Counted from the stretch's first letter, positions 12,042 through 25,674 are shown. The stretch: DNA of 52,308 bases from Guillardia theta CCMP2712 (GCF_000315625.1 NW_005434562.1:168515-220822); one strand, 5' to 3'. Program-made: numbers and translations. The notes: a model not told the origin generated them from the sequence alone.

Positions 12042-15000
12042 GAGAAGGAGGCGGAGGAGGAGGAGGCGGAGANNNNNNNNNNNNNNNNNNNNNNNNNNNN
12101 NNNNNNNNNNNNNNNNNNNNNNNNNNNNNNNNNNNNNNNNNNNNNNNNNNNNNNNNNNNNNNNNNNNNNNNNGGGGGAGGATGACGAGGAGGAGGGGTAG
12201 AGGTGGTGGGAAGTTCTTACTTGGTTGCGAAAAGAGGAGACGACGGTAGTCCAATCGACGTCGGTAAGGAAGCTGCCGTTGACGCGCTGGACCCTGCTCC
12301 TGCCGTAGAGCATACCTCCGATCCTCTCCCCGTCGATCTTTTTAGGCACGTTGCTCCCCACCACGAACTTGTCTACTCCCGTGACCTCCAGCACTCGCTG
12401 CACCTGCGACTTCATCGGATGGTCCGGGCCGAGCGAGCGGATGTCGACGGAGAGGAGGAAACCAACTTGAAACCCGTGCGGGCGATCCACCAGCAGCTCG
12501 CAGCGACCCAGCCCTCTGTTGGTCGCAGACACGATGCAGAGAGCAGAGGAAGAGGCTGCGGATGAGGAGGAGGAGGAGGAGGAGGATGATGATGATGATG
12601 AGGAGAGGTTTTCGTTCTCGAAGTAGGTCTGAGACTGAGTAGCGAGCGACATGTTCCCGATTCTCCTCCTCACTGCCATCCTGTATGGATCTGTTGCTTC
12701 CTCGCTCCTCTCCTTGAGGGCTGGGCGCGTGTGCCCGAGCGGTGCCCACTCGTACTCCTTGCGGAGTTTACAGCAGGCGTTCAGTGCCTCCTTCTCGTAG
12801 CGAGCATGGAGGAAGCGGTCGGGAGCGGAGGAGGGCAGTGCTCCCCCGATGTAGTTGAGCACAGCGTTGACGTCCTCCTCGAATTCCTTGTCCTCCACCT
12901 CCTCCTCCCTGTACAACAAGGAGAAGCCTCGGATCGTCGTCTCCACTGCCATTGGCCACAGCAAGTGCATGACCCTCTGCGGGAACTTGGAGGAGGAGGA
13001 GGAGGAGGAGGTGGTGGTGGTGGTGGTGGTGGAGGAGGAGGAGGAGGAGGAGGGGACAGGGTTGAGTGTCCTCTCGTCCCCGGTCATGTTGGCCCAGTCG
13101 AAGAGGGCCTTGAGAACTTGAGCTCTGCTCCTCTTCTTTCCCTCCTCCTCCTCCTCCAGACTCGCCGCCACCTCCCGCAGACGCGAGATGTCCTTGCCAT
13201 TGTCGCGCCAGGAGGGGACGACATGGTTGAAGAGGGAACACCAGGTTCGCTCGGAGAAGAGCTGCTTTCTCCTCCCCTGCTCGCCGCCCTTCCCTTGCCC
13301 CTCCATCTTCATGCTCATCCTGTAGAGCTCCTGGTCCAACCTCCGCACGTGGAAGGTCGCGACGGGATCATCTTCTGCGGATGAAAGGAAGGGGAAGAGA
13401 AGAACTTTGACCTCCCGAAAGAAAGTTTTTAGCAAGGAGGAGGAGGCGGCTGCGGCTCCCCCCTTGCCTAACAAGTTGGAAAGTGTCGACGTTCTCCTAC
13501 TGTGATCTCAGTGACATGCACGTTTGAGCAAGCAGGAACTGAAGAGCACAGAGACGAAACTTCGGTAGAGGAGGAAGGGAGGGAGGGAGGGAGGGAGGAA
13601 GGAGGGAAGGAGGAACGAGAGGACTGTGTAGAGGTCACCTTGATTCATGGCACTTGAGGAACATGTCGGTCGCATGTTGCACGTCAAGCAGGTTTGATTG
13701 ATCTTTGCAGAAATTGCCGACGAGGAGCAGGGCAGGAGCATCGTGACCTGATCTCGCTCCCAAGCTCGCTGTCTGAGCCCAGCAGAGAAGTTTGCGGTAG
13801 GTCCGAGCAGAGAGAAGATCCTCTCCCGTCACCCACACCAGCACGTCCGAGGTCAGGTACCCGATCCTCGCCAAGTCCACCAGCACCACCTCCCTCCTCA
13901 GCTGGGAGAGGCTGCCTGGGTTGAGCTGAGAAATGCTGCTCTCGAGCTCCCACGAGGGATCCAGCAGGTCTCTTGCTCCGCCCTCGCTCTCTCCTTCCGT
14001 GTCGTTGAGGCGCACCGGCAAACACCTCCTTCCCCCTCCCTCTGCTCCCCCGAGTTGCGTCAGGTACGTCTGCAGCCCACTGGTCTTGCTGCCCATCGTG
14101 GTGGAGGACGAGGAAGAGACGGCAGTTGCTGTGGTGGAGGAGGCAGAAGAGGGGGCTGCCGGTTGTCCCATCCTCATCCTCACGTGAAGTGGAAGTTCGC
14201 CGAGCTCGGGGAGGATGGCGCGCGAGTCGTCGGAGAGAGGATGGAGGAGGAGGAGCTTCCTGCAGAGAAAGCTCTTCCCCGACCCACTCCTGCCCATGAA
14301 CGTTATGGTCTTGCTGGGAGCTTTCCTGGACAGCAGCTGGGCTTGTCGAAGCGCCTCCTGCGGGACAGAGAGGTCGACCTGTATGTGGCGATCTTCTTGG
14401 CGGACTGAGAAGTGAAGCAGCGTCTGAGCTCCGATGCTCTCTGGCTGCATGCTCTGTGGGAGAGTGAGATTCGAGAAGATGGTGTTGTAGCACAAGACGA
14501 GGAGTGGAAGACAAAAAGGAGGAGGAGGAGGAGGAGGAGGAGGAGGAGGAGGAGGAGGAGAAGAAGGAGGAGAAAAGGGAGGAGGAGAAGAAAGGAAGAG
14601 GAGAGTAAGGCTGAGGAAAGGCCAAGGAGGAGGCGGGATTGTGGAGGGTTGTATGGGAGAGGTAAGGGGATGAAGGGGATACCGCAAGAATCTTGGGAGG
14701 GAAGAAGTTTGCGATCCAAGCTGGGAACATGCCATCTTCTTCCTCGTCCTGCGGCTCCTTGCCAGGGACCCCAGCGCTCTCCTCGACCATACGAGCAAAG
14801 GCCTTAGCTGGAACGAACTGCTGCCCACCCGTCGTCCGGGGTAGTTCCCCTCCTGCCATCTCCTCGAGTTTCGCCTTGAAGTTCGCGATGTTTGCGCTGG
14901 AAACGTCAAACTCTCCGAACAGTCGCCTCTCCCCCTCCACGACTTCTTTCCCTTGCTCGCTGCCTCCTGCCTCCTCCTCTAGCGCGCTCAGAAGGTCGTC

Positions 15001-18000
15001 CAAGAGCAGGTGAGGGTAGAAGAGCTCGTGCTCCCTCCTGCCCGCCGCGTGCCGATGCCAGAAGAGCTTTGCGCTGCTGGGCAGCAGCCGGATGGGCACC
15101 GGTACATCAAGGAGGAGGCCGTCAGGGGGCGGGCCCGAGTAAGGCATGAACGGCTCCTCGTGGGGCTGAGCGATGCGGCGGGAGGAGCGGGAGGAGGAGA
15201 GGAAGGGAGCTTCCACTCGTTCGAGGTAGCAAGCGTGGTGGAGGAGGTCCGGCGTCAGGTCCTTCCCCCGACACTCCTCGGGGGGCGATCCCCGCACGAT
15301 GACGGAGGAGGAGGAGGAGACGAAGACGATCTCATGGACGCCATGCAGAGAGTTCCTGCGGGCGACGGAGCCGAGGAAGACGGAGACGAACATGCCTGTG
15401 AGCAGGTCGTGCGGCTCCTTCAGCTGGATCAGACACCGCTCCTCCTGCCCGTCGTCGGAGAACAAGGAGGATACAGAGACGATCATGTAGCGCCGCGTCT
15501 CCTCCGCCTTGAACGGTTGCGACAGGTTCACGTCCAGGGCCGGAGGCTCGACGCCCTTCAAGCGTAGGAGCGTTATCTCCATTCTTGCTGGGCTCCTGCT
15601 GAGCAGCAAGGCCCTGACCTCCTCGAGAGTCTTGTCTTGTAACGAAACGGAGTCGAGGGAAAGCAGCTGGTCCCCCAGCAGGAGAGCGGCAGAGAGATCG
15701 GCGACGCTCCCCCGAATGATCTCCTGAACCACAAACGGAAACTCGCTGCCCAACTTGAGGCCGAACGCTCTCCTTCCCTCCACCTCCACGCTCGTCGTGA
15801 TGATCTCATAGCCCTCTGGGGGCCAAACTTGAGGAGGAGGAGGAGGAGGAGGAGGAGGAGCGGACGAAGGAGAAGTCTGATCCGAAGCAATCTTCTTCCT
15901 CTTCTGTCAACGTCGTCATACCATCGCCAAACGGCAATACACTCAACATAAATTCCATATCATGATCATGATCATGATCATTTGTATCATCGTCATCATC
16001 AATCTTCAGTCTCACCATCGTCATCTTGTATCTTTCCTGGAGCATCTGCAGCTGCTTCTGCCAAGCTAAATTTCTGCCAAATCGTCAGACAAACACCTCA
16101 TCCATCTTCCTTCCCTCCTCGCTCCCCTCCCCCCTTCATCCCCTCCTCCCCTCCTCCCCTCCTCCAACATCATCCAAGTCTTACCTCCTCCACCATCGTT
16201 GAATCTTCAAGATAGCAAAGGACTTGTTGACTACTTTCCTCATCTCGCCGTATCGTTTCATGTCAACTGTACGCCGCAAGCTTGCCTGCCACCATTTCTC
16301 ACTCATTTGGACTGCTCGACTCGGCTCAAGTCTCCTCGACCTCCCTCGCCCCCTTCTGCATATTTCCGTCCTCCTAGTTTCTCTTCATTCATATGCTTCT
16401 GCCCACTGGTATGCTTTCGCCCTCTCCCCTCCCTCCTCTCTCCTCCTCCTCCTTTCTCCTCTCGTCCCTCTTCCCACCTGTAGCGTTGCAGCATACGGAT
16501 TGAGCTCGAGCTTGCGGATGAGCTGCAGCTGACCGAGACGACCAGCAGCGAGGAAGAGCATGGTTCTGCCGAACTTGAAGCTTCCCTTCCCTCCGCTGAG
16601 AGGAACCCAGTCCTCCGGCCGGCTCACCACCGACCCAACTGACTTCCATTCCTTCCTACGAAGCTCCTGCAGGGTAGAAGATAGTAAGGGAGGAATCTGG
16701 GAACAAGGGACGAGCCGAGGCGAGTTTAAGATGGAGGATGTGGAGGAGATCATGCTGGGCTAAAGAAAGAACAGGAAAACGAGGCGCGGAAGTGTGGAGA
16801 GACGACGACAACGTCGAGGAGGAGAAGGAGGCGGAGAAGGAGGAGGCGGCGGCAAAGGCGGAGGAGGCGGAGGAAGAGAAGGAGGGGGAGGCGGAGGAGG
16901 AGGAGTGGAGGAGGAGGAGTGGAGGAGGAGGAGGAGTGGAGGAGGAAGCGGAGGCGGAGGCGGAGGCGGCGGCGGAGGAGGAGGACTTACCTCGAAGATC
17001 TTGGTTATCCCCTCGCGGGGGTTTGAGGGAAGGGAGGAAGAGACTATTTCGCGCGTCCAGAGAGACTTTAATATGATGCTGAGGGAGTCTGGTAAGGGAG
17101 CAGTTGAACAGGGGAAGAAGATGGAACGAAGGGAGACATAGAGTTGAAAGGGTAGAGGTACAGGAAGAGGTAGAGGAAGAGGAAGCTAATGAGAATATTT
17201 GATTACCTGAGATCCATGCCATGTCTGCTCCAAAGTTCCTCATACGTGTATCTTGTTGGCAGACCACCAGCCTGTCAGAGGCTTGAGGGGAGGGGAGGGG
17301 AGGAGAGACAAAGGAGGGGAGGAGAGAACAGTCACGGGCTGTGAGATTGACCTGTGCGAGTTTGACGGCCTGCACGACGCCGTTACTTGACAACTGACCT
17401 GCGACTTTGGCTCGTTCGAACATCAGCGACCTCTTGTGATCGTTGGGTTTGACGCATCGCACGAAGTGCATGTGCGTGTCTTCCAGCGTTGGGATCAGTC
17501 CCTTTCTCTGCCTCCCGCTCCCCATGCCCGCGTCTCGTTCCTCCACCAGCTGGCGCTTGAAGGTTCCTGCAACGGTCTGCAGCTTTGACCTGACGGATGG
17601 ACTTGAAGTCACTTTGTCTGCTAGCTTCCCTGCTCGTACAGGAGTAGAAAACTTCTTATCCTCGTCGTTTTCATTCTCTTCCTCCATTCCGAGGCCTCGA
17701 CGGATCAGCGAGTAGGCCAGGGCATCCTTGACGCCTCCGTCCCCCCCCCCGGCTGTATCGGCGACGAGCATGCGGAGGAAGACGTGGCCTTTGTCGATGT
17801 TCTTCTCGATCATGTGGTCGATACAGTACTCCACGTCATCAGCATAATGGGTGATGACGAACGAGTTGGAGGTTGGGAAGAACCGCCGCTCGTCCCCCTG
17901 CCACATCCTCTCGTCTGTCTTCCCGTCCTTCTTGTACTTGTCGTCCTCCTTCCGTGTTCTACGAAGCACATCGATGAACTCCTTCCCCATCTTGTCATAC

Positions 18001-20590
18001 TCGTCTCTCCTCTCTGCCTCTCTGCAGAAGTCTGCGAGCTTGGAGAACGTCGTCTCAATCCATCGGAGCGCCAGCAGACTCTCCTGGTCCAGCTGCACAT
18101 CAGGCATGTCGTTTCCTTCGAACTCGCTCTCATACAGCTTCTTATCAGCCTCCAGCACCTTCTTGTTGAACAACACTTGTAGACTTTCATTGGCAAAGTT
18201 GATGCAGAGCTGCTCGAGGCTGTTCGCCGACATCCAGCACTTTTGGTGCTTGTCGTAGAAGGAGAAAGACTCGAAGCCGAAGATATCGAGGAGCCCGATA
18301 GAGAGAGAAGAGGAAGCGGAGGAAGCTGCATCCTGCTCGTTCTCCCTCACGAGCTCCATGTTGACATTCTCCCTCAGCCAGGAGAAGAGCTCGCAATACA
18401 CGAGCTTTGCAAGCGAGTCCCGGTTGTTCGCTGCTTGACTGGAGTTGAGAGGTACCCGACCAAACATGCTGTCCTCCTTCTTGATCGTCAGCGCCTCCTC
18501 GAGCTCAGCCGACCCACATTGAACCACATGTGCCGCATCCTCTAGGAACTGTCGGGAGCTGGAGGTCACTCGTGCCCATGGCGTTCCGCTCTGAACCTCG
18601 TCTTCGAACTCGAGGTTGCCGAGGAGGAGGATGAAGGAGAGGATCCGAAAGATAGCAAGGAGATCTTCCGCCATCCCCATCTCACAGATCGCAGTCTGCA
18701 ACATGTTCCACTGCTCTGCCTCGCTCAGGTTCCCCTCGTAGGCATCTTCTGCCTCGAAGGTCCCCTGCTCACCTCCGAGGAACTTGTACTCCTTCATCTC
18801 TCGCAATCTGAGTGATCTTCTCGTGCTCTTGTCCTGCAGCCCCGCCAGCATCATGTAGAACACGTGGAAACTTCGCTCTCCCTTTGACTGGAACGTGACT
18901 CTCGATTTCTCCAGCAAGTAAGTCTGTACTTGAGCCCCTTCAACCGTCTCCCCGCTGCTGTCGAAGCAGAGCTCTAGGTACTTGCCGAACCTGCTTGAGT
19001 TGTCATTCCTCAGCGTCTTTGCATTCCCGAAGGCCTCGAAGATGACATTATTCATCGTGATCTTTCCCACCAGAGACTCTGCTCGTTTCCCTCCCTCTAT
19101 GCTCCCTCCCTTGTTCTTGTACATTCCTGAAGCAACCTCCACAATGTAGCAGAGAACCTCTCGGGCTGACTTTGTCTTTCCTGCTCCACTCTCTCCGCTG
19201 ATCACCACCGACTGGTTCTGATGCTCTGCACTCAGGTTTCTGTACGCGTTGTCTGCTACCACAAACACGTGCGACCTCACACCTTGCTGGCGTGTGTTTC
19301 CTTGCAGACTCGCATAGTATCGCCGCACCTCCTTGTCGTACATTCCGATGGGATGGTCGTAGCCCGGTACAGGCATGTCAAGATGCTTGTACGGGTTGAC
19401 AGCTAAAAGCATGTTTCCGATGTAGCTGTAGATCTTCTCAGACAGAAAGCGGAACTCAACGTTCTGTAGGAGAGACGGGAGGTGGATCTTAGTCATCTCA
19501 GTGAGGTCTTCGTAAACCTTGTTCTCGTCAAAGGGCAGGAAATGAGCAAGCACGTTCGTCTCTGGTTTCATCTTGGCCTTCAGGGTTCCCATCTTAGGTA
19601 CGCTGGAGATGTTCCCGTTCATGTCAACAACATAAGTCTGGTCTTTCTTGATTTCCTTTCTTCCCATGATAGCCCAGGCATTCAGCTCGTGGCGAGTGGC
19701 TTCTCTCATTGCGATGTATCTGCTCTCCTCTTGCCTCAAGGCGTCAGGAAAGGAATCCAGCATCTCATCCAGCGTTGCAAACCCCAGGGATGTAGCAAGC
19801 ACGTCGTCGAGGGAGTGCTCTGACTTGTCCTTAAAAGCTGCCTGCAACCAGCAATGAAGGGCAGTGAGACTAAGACTGCCATACCTGAAGAGAGGAAAGC
19901 TTCATCCCAGATGGGCTCTCCTGTAGGATCTTACGAAGACATTGCTTGACCCCATGGAAAATATCGTCGGAATTTTCTACTACTGCGCTGACCTGTTGGA
20001 TAACACTATTTTAGCTTCAGGTTCAAGAAGCCTTGCCAGTAGCTTCTCACCTTTATCTTCTGCGGGTCGTCAGTCTCTGCGTTCTCTATCGACAAGACTC
20101 TTCGCTTTGTGTGCGCTATGCAGACGTCATCCCACGCCCACAGAAAGAGCGGCTGAGAGTCGAGGGACTTGACCCTTGACTTGAGCTCAATCACTTCATG
20201 CTTCTGCCAGTTCCACCTCTCCCGCTTCCCTGCCCGGATAGCATCATCCTTGCTCGTAGCTTGAGCGACCCTCGGGTGAGTCTTGCGGGGCATCAGAGGA
20301 GAATCAGCGAACGAAGGCGCTTGAGGCTTCTTCTGCGCGCACAGGGTGAACATCACCGTAGCGAGCAAGGCTATTACTGACACTCGATGCTCGTTTCGCC
20401 ATCTTCGCGGCAAGCTCAGACTCCGCGCCATTCTACGCATGAAGTCAGACAAGGGCGTGCGGCTCCCTTTCAAGGATCCTCTCGTACCATCTTGCCAGTC
20501 CAACAAACTTCGTCCGGTGAAGCGCTGCGCTCTTTCAAGCCATCCAAGCCCCTTCGCGCCTCCTCGGCCAACTCTGTTAAATCTCTCCAT
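11535..20590 (-). CDS. Giant multidomain myosin: LOTUS/OST-HTH - motor - 2xIQ - polyPro - PDZ - GB1/RHD3-like P-loop GTPase - C-terminal tail (ends approximate)
   Basis: Motor motifs GESGAGKT, NDNSSRFGKY, LLDIFGFE, EQLCINFANE, HFVRCVKPND, GLPTRYTYEE and FKFGRTMLFL. IQ motifs AATLQASLRR and AILKIQRWWRR. In-frame GT-AG splicing leads into PDZ (FGLKL..GDQLLSLD) and then GRSGSGKS/DTEG. Confidence 0.8.
12073..12172. other. Assembly gap (100 N) within a repeat-rich, probably intronic stretch
   Basis: N run flanked by (GAG)/(GAT) repeats. Confidence 0.99.
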
Positions 20591-21331
20591 TCAATAAAGA
20601 GACGAGAGAGATGAAGGGAAAGGAGACGAAATGGAGAGCTTCGGCTACTGTCAGTGAGACTGTCTACCTCGAACATTTCTATCAGCCTACTCCTGCCGCA
20701 GATCCTGTCTTCCTGTCCTCCTGCCTGTTTGCTAGTCGGGCACCTCTTGCCATGCCTGTCATCACCTTGCCTTCCCTCCTCTCTCCCTGCCTGACTTGCC
20801 CCGTTCGCTACAGCATGGCGATGGCACAGGGAGGATAGCTCTTGGAGGCGCAAGAGTCCTGACACGACAGGGACAGCAGGGGTCAGGGACGTGAGCGCTG
20901 AGGGGGGATGAGGGCGAAGATATCAGCAACGTAGTCTGCAACCAGGTCTGCAGAGGTCTGCAACGTAGTGGGGCAGGTAGTGGGGATGAGGGTCAACTTG
21001 GTATGTGGGGGATGAGGGAATGGTTTTGCCCCTTGGTCATGCAGCTGTTTTGGGTGCACATGGCGATGGGGCAGGATGAGGAGGAGCAGGAGCGGTCGGA
21101 AGATGATCAGGAGAAGCAGATGGAGCAGGATCAGGAGGAGCAGGAGGAGTAAGAGTAGCAGCAGCAGTTGTAGTTGCAGGAACATGTACAGCAAGAGCAG
21201 CAAGAGCAGCAAGAGCAGCAAGAGCAGCAGCAGTTGCAGGATAAGCAGATCAAGGATCAGAACCGAATGGAGATCAAACACTTGTAGAGCAAGAGAATTC
21301 TTCTATTATCAATTTTTATAGTTGTGAAGTC

Positions 21332-21408
21332 AGCTATCTTAGAGGACATGAAGTGTAGTGAGCTATCTTAGAGGACATGAAGTGTAGTGAGCTATCTTGG
21401 AGGATATG
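21332..21408 (+). repeat. 29-bp tandem repeat AGCTATCTTAGAGGACATGAAGTGTAGTG, two full copies plus one partial
   Basis: Copies start at 21332, 21361 and 21390. Confidence 0.9.
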
Positions 21409-21869
21409 GAGTAAGTAAAGGAAAGAATGCCACGAATCAGCGAATGGGCAATGACAACGATGACGACCCTGTCAAGCGTTAGACGAAAATTTCAAGATTT
21501 CCTGATTTCTGAGAGTGGTTGTTGTCAGGCCATATCTGCATCAAGAAACATTGACTGAGAGATTTTAAGAATGGCTCCTTTCGTCCTTGGTTTGATCCTT
21601 GTAAGAACTGTGCATGGTTTTGACCCTATAACTGACGACGTGACAGACAGGAGTCATGCTCGCCGTTGCTATCGCCCCCATCCCCTCACAATGCTCACAA
21701 GATTTCGTGGGACCATCTGGGGGGCAGCATCAGGCGTGATGACGTAGCGATGAAATGAAACTTCTTGCGTTCTGTTATCGACGCTTTCACACTCGCATTA
21801 CACTCGCATTGTTCCATCGCGCAGATTGATTTACAAGTCAGCGAGAGCGTGTTGCTCAAGGTGATGTGA

Positions 21870-24800
21870 CTAGAGTTGTGTAGAGCACGAGCGAGTGCAA
21901 CAAAAGGCGACAAGAAACAGAAGGGAGCACCAGCGAGTCCCAGCATTCACCGTCCTCTTTATGTTCCTTAACCATCGATTCTCAAAACACTGTCCGCCAA
22001 GATTCAATCCGAAAGCCTCTGTAGCGCCAGACCTCGCAGCGATCGTCGTCCTGTACCTCATCATCCAATTAGCTCCCATGCCTCGTGTTGGCCACAAGTC
22101 TAGCTCAGCTCACCTGTTCTGTTCTGATCCTTGGGAGGGGTTGGTATGATGTTGGAGGGAAGATCGGCATCCTTAGCCGGGCTGCACCTGAAGGAACTCG
22201 TCAAAGAACCCTCCTGTTCAAGTCGAAACCGTTTCTCACCGAGACTTTGACATCTCCGTCGTCGCTAATCCTTGTGAGATTGTACGATCTGCATTCTGAA
22301 CAACATGATGTGATCAAAGGTTTCACAGGAAACGATGCGAGGGAACCTGTCGTATGTTCTCTGCGGCACTCGATGATAGATCGTCTCTTGTCCGCACGCT
22401 TCCACTCTTCACAGGCTCGATCGAATGCTTGGTATCCTCCTGTTGCCGGACATCGCATCTAGCGGTTGAAGCCATTGACTCGATGTCAGATGTAGACACG
22501 TCATGTTCGCTGACCAGTGGAGACCGAAAATTCCACATATCTGACTCCATGTTGAATAGTTCTTCGCTGTCCTCCTCATCAGCACTTGAGTTCTTGCCGG
22601 AGTCTTCCAGTACTAGCACGTCACTGTTTTGACCTGTTCCCATCGAGGTCCCAGGAATAATCTCCTGCGGCTCCTCCCAGTCATCTGCGCAGGATAGTGC
22701 GAGGGAAACAGTCTCTGCCTTCCACTTGCGGAGTTCTTCAAGGATCTCATCGCTACTCATCCTCTCCTGTGCCTTTGCCTGTGATTCGTCATAATTGCTG
22801 TACTTCTCTACCGCCTTAGCTACATTGCGTCTGCGCAGCCCCCGAGCTAGATTGCCGCAATACACCTCGTCAGTGCCAAAAGTGAGATCGGAAGAAACAT
22901 CTTCTTCTGCCTCCTCCTCAGACGCTTTGAAGCCTTGTGCCCAAGGTTGACCCTGTCTCCTCCCTCCCGCACTTGTCGGTCGAGACCCTGTTCCCGGGCG
23001 ATTTGTGTTGCTTTGGTAATTTGTAAAACGGCTATATGCCGACATGGGCCTTGCGAGGCTCTTCGATGAGCCAGGTCTCATGTTCTTGGTGAACATGTTT
23101 GCAGTCGAAGGCCTAAAGTCTATGGCGTCCTTCAGTCTCCAAAGAGAGCAATACGATAAATCATACCACTGCGTCGTCGTCCTCCGGAACCCCCCGAGCC
23201 TGTTGATTCCAAGTAAATTCGGACATTTACTGCCTCAATTCCATCATACCAGGTTTGTATTCGATTCTGTTGTCGTCTGAACTAAACGACCCCGAAGGCG
23301 AAATCCGACGCCCCTACAGAGCGACGTCAACACGAGAGCATTGAAAGTCCATATCCAGAAAACAAACCTGCAAGTTTCCCATGGGGATCGCAGAAGCGGG
23401 TCGACTGCTTCCAACTCGTTGACCTTGCGAGCGTAGAGAGCTTGTCGTTGAGGGTCTAGACATAGCCTGAGCTCGTTCCCATTCACACTCTGCAAGCGAC
23501 ACAAAATCCGCGTCATCAAAGCCTATGAGTTAGGGTCAGATGCTTGTTCTTGTCCGACTCTTTCTCTGTTGACCTGTTCTTGCATGTTTGATTCCTTGAT
23601 GAACCAGCAAAAGCTCTTCAATGTTGTCCGGGTTATATGAGATACGGAGATTCTCTAGGCCAGGCTTTTCTTTGTCGCTCTCTAATTGCTTGAGATCAGA
23701 TGGCAAAGAGTCCAAGAAATCGTTGTCCTCATCCATTGAGGTGTTCAACGCAAATAGCTCTCCACCATTAGGAGATCTGCACAGAAAGATGTCAGGGATA
23801 TGACAGAAAAAAAAATCAAATTGGACCTCTCCTTCTCGTTATTTACCAATAGAAGTTTCTGATATCAGGGTTACCAAGTTACCAAGTTGAATCGCGAGAT
23901 ACGAATTCTCACCGTATCCTGATCGTCAAGGGTCAGCAGGAATGGTAGCGCTTCCAATATTTGCTTGTGGTATTCAGGGAGTTTTGAGACGGGATTTCCC
24001 TCCAGCGTGAGAGAGGAGAGATTTGAACATGAGACAAGGAATTGAACTTCAGAAATATCTGTCACAGCGTTTCCTTCCAAATCCAAGACCTACATGCACG
24101 TTATTGGATGAAACGGAATGCCATAAAAACCTCAATTGTATCACACCCAACCAACGGGCTCAAGTCAGAAATCTCGTTGAAGGCCAGATACAGTTCTTTG
24201 ATAGAATCGAAGGCACTGATCCCATCGAGTTCCTGTCGAGTCTCTTTCACATCTTACATGAACATATAAGGAAGCTTCGAACCTGTAAGTTGCATCGAGA
24301 CATCCATAAAACCTGCGCCATTCTTAGTCGATTACATAGTATTTCAGAGCAGTCCCAACCATCAGCTTCTTGAAGGCTGTTCCCAAATCCCTGATCGAAT
24401 TAATGTTGCTATTGTTGAGTTTGAGCTCAATAAGTCTTGGCAACTTCTCGCCTATGGAAAATCTTACATTTAAGGAAACAATATGCTTGATGCTTGTAAG
24501 ATCCCTTACCCAAGTTTCTTATGATCACCTCCTCAGAATTGACTCTGGCTTCAAGGAAGAGACAGTTGTTCAAATCGTCGCAACCAGTGAGTTCCTGTGA
24601 AAATACCTTGTTACGTGCCGAGGCAAATCATGAAGATGGACAGGAGTACCCGAAGCGAGTCGTCAGAGAGAAACTCGCTGAGCTCGTCCTGTTTATCGTT
24701 CACATTCAGCTTCAAACCTTTATAGAATCGTGGGAAGAAGAGCTTACAAAATCTGTCCCGTCGAGTTCCTGCGAGAGTAATCATTGTAAGTGAGCTAGCG

Positions 24801-24932
24801 GGCAAGATGAGAGGAGCAAAAAGAACTTACGCCATAATCTGAGCTCTCCAAATCATCGTAGATGATGTCATCTTTCGAGGCAATCGACGATGGATTCGAC
24901 AGAGTCAATGGTGTGTTTCCTGCTTGCGCCAT
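21870..24932 (-). CDS. LRRC56: Leucine-rich repeat protein LRRC56/ODA8-like (axonemal dynein assembly factor); 3' end approximate
   Basis: Exons LPRLIELKLNNSNINSIRDLGT, LWMSRCNL, IKELYLAFNEISDLSPL and LDLEGNAVTDISEVQFL..LTLEGNPV, plus the family C-terminal motif SDLTFGTDEVYCGNLARGLRRR. Confidence 0.82.
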
Positions 24933-25674
24933 TTCCAGCCCTCAAGCGGAAGGCCTATCTTGAAAAGAAACATGAGATTATGAAGAACATGATACTTTTC
25001 TCCAACATGGAACATGATCTTGAAGTCAAGGCAAAGACAACATCCTAGGGCGGTCAAATATCCTAGATAGTTCCTCTATTCGTTATTACGAATCAACCTC
25101 TAACCGATGAATACAAAGATGAAACTTGAGAATCCCATGAGGAACCATGGATTTGAATAGCAGGAGGAGATATTTGTTGTACTATAGGAAAATGAAAACT
25201 TCACGAAACCATAGAACATCATTCTCTTATGACAACTACTCGGCTGACATACATGCAAGCCTGACATGACCAATCTCTGTTCTCCGTCTTTGAAATATCG
25301 GCAAGCACACGTGCTATCTGACTATCTGTCTAGTGTTCTTGGTCAACAACTCTCTCAAGATCGAGCATTGTTCTCTTCTGACTGCCTCCCTTCCTTCGCC
25401 TCGTCCCTTGGTTGCCTCCCTACCGCCATGTACCGCCAACCCCCAACCTCCCTCCTGCCCGCCCACACCCTCATCCCCTCCATTGACCATATCATCCCCC
25501 TCATTCTTTTGTCCGTCATGTTTACGGCCCCCCTCAGAGTAAAACATATGGCAGTGATTTTCAGGTTATGCATTCTCCATTCTGTCCTGGTGCCAACATG
25601 CAATGGACGCATGTGGTGCACATGGCATCTCAAGCAATGCCCTTCTCCCTCCTGCCACTCCTCCTGCCACTCCT

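Noticed and set aside
13635-15789. Overlapping 701-aa and 424-aa ORFs as a programmed frameshift or overlapping genes
   Set aside because: Explained by a GT-AG intron at about 14455-14681 that joins the two frames
20883-21321. Low-complexity L-rich or S/R-rich ORFs upstream of the myosin
   Set aside because: Derived from CAG/GAG-type repeats, with stops in the most protein-like frame
21332-21408. 29-bp repeats as CRISPR
   Set aside because: Contiguous tandem copies without spacers
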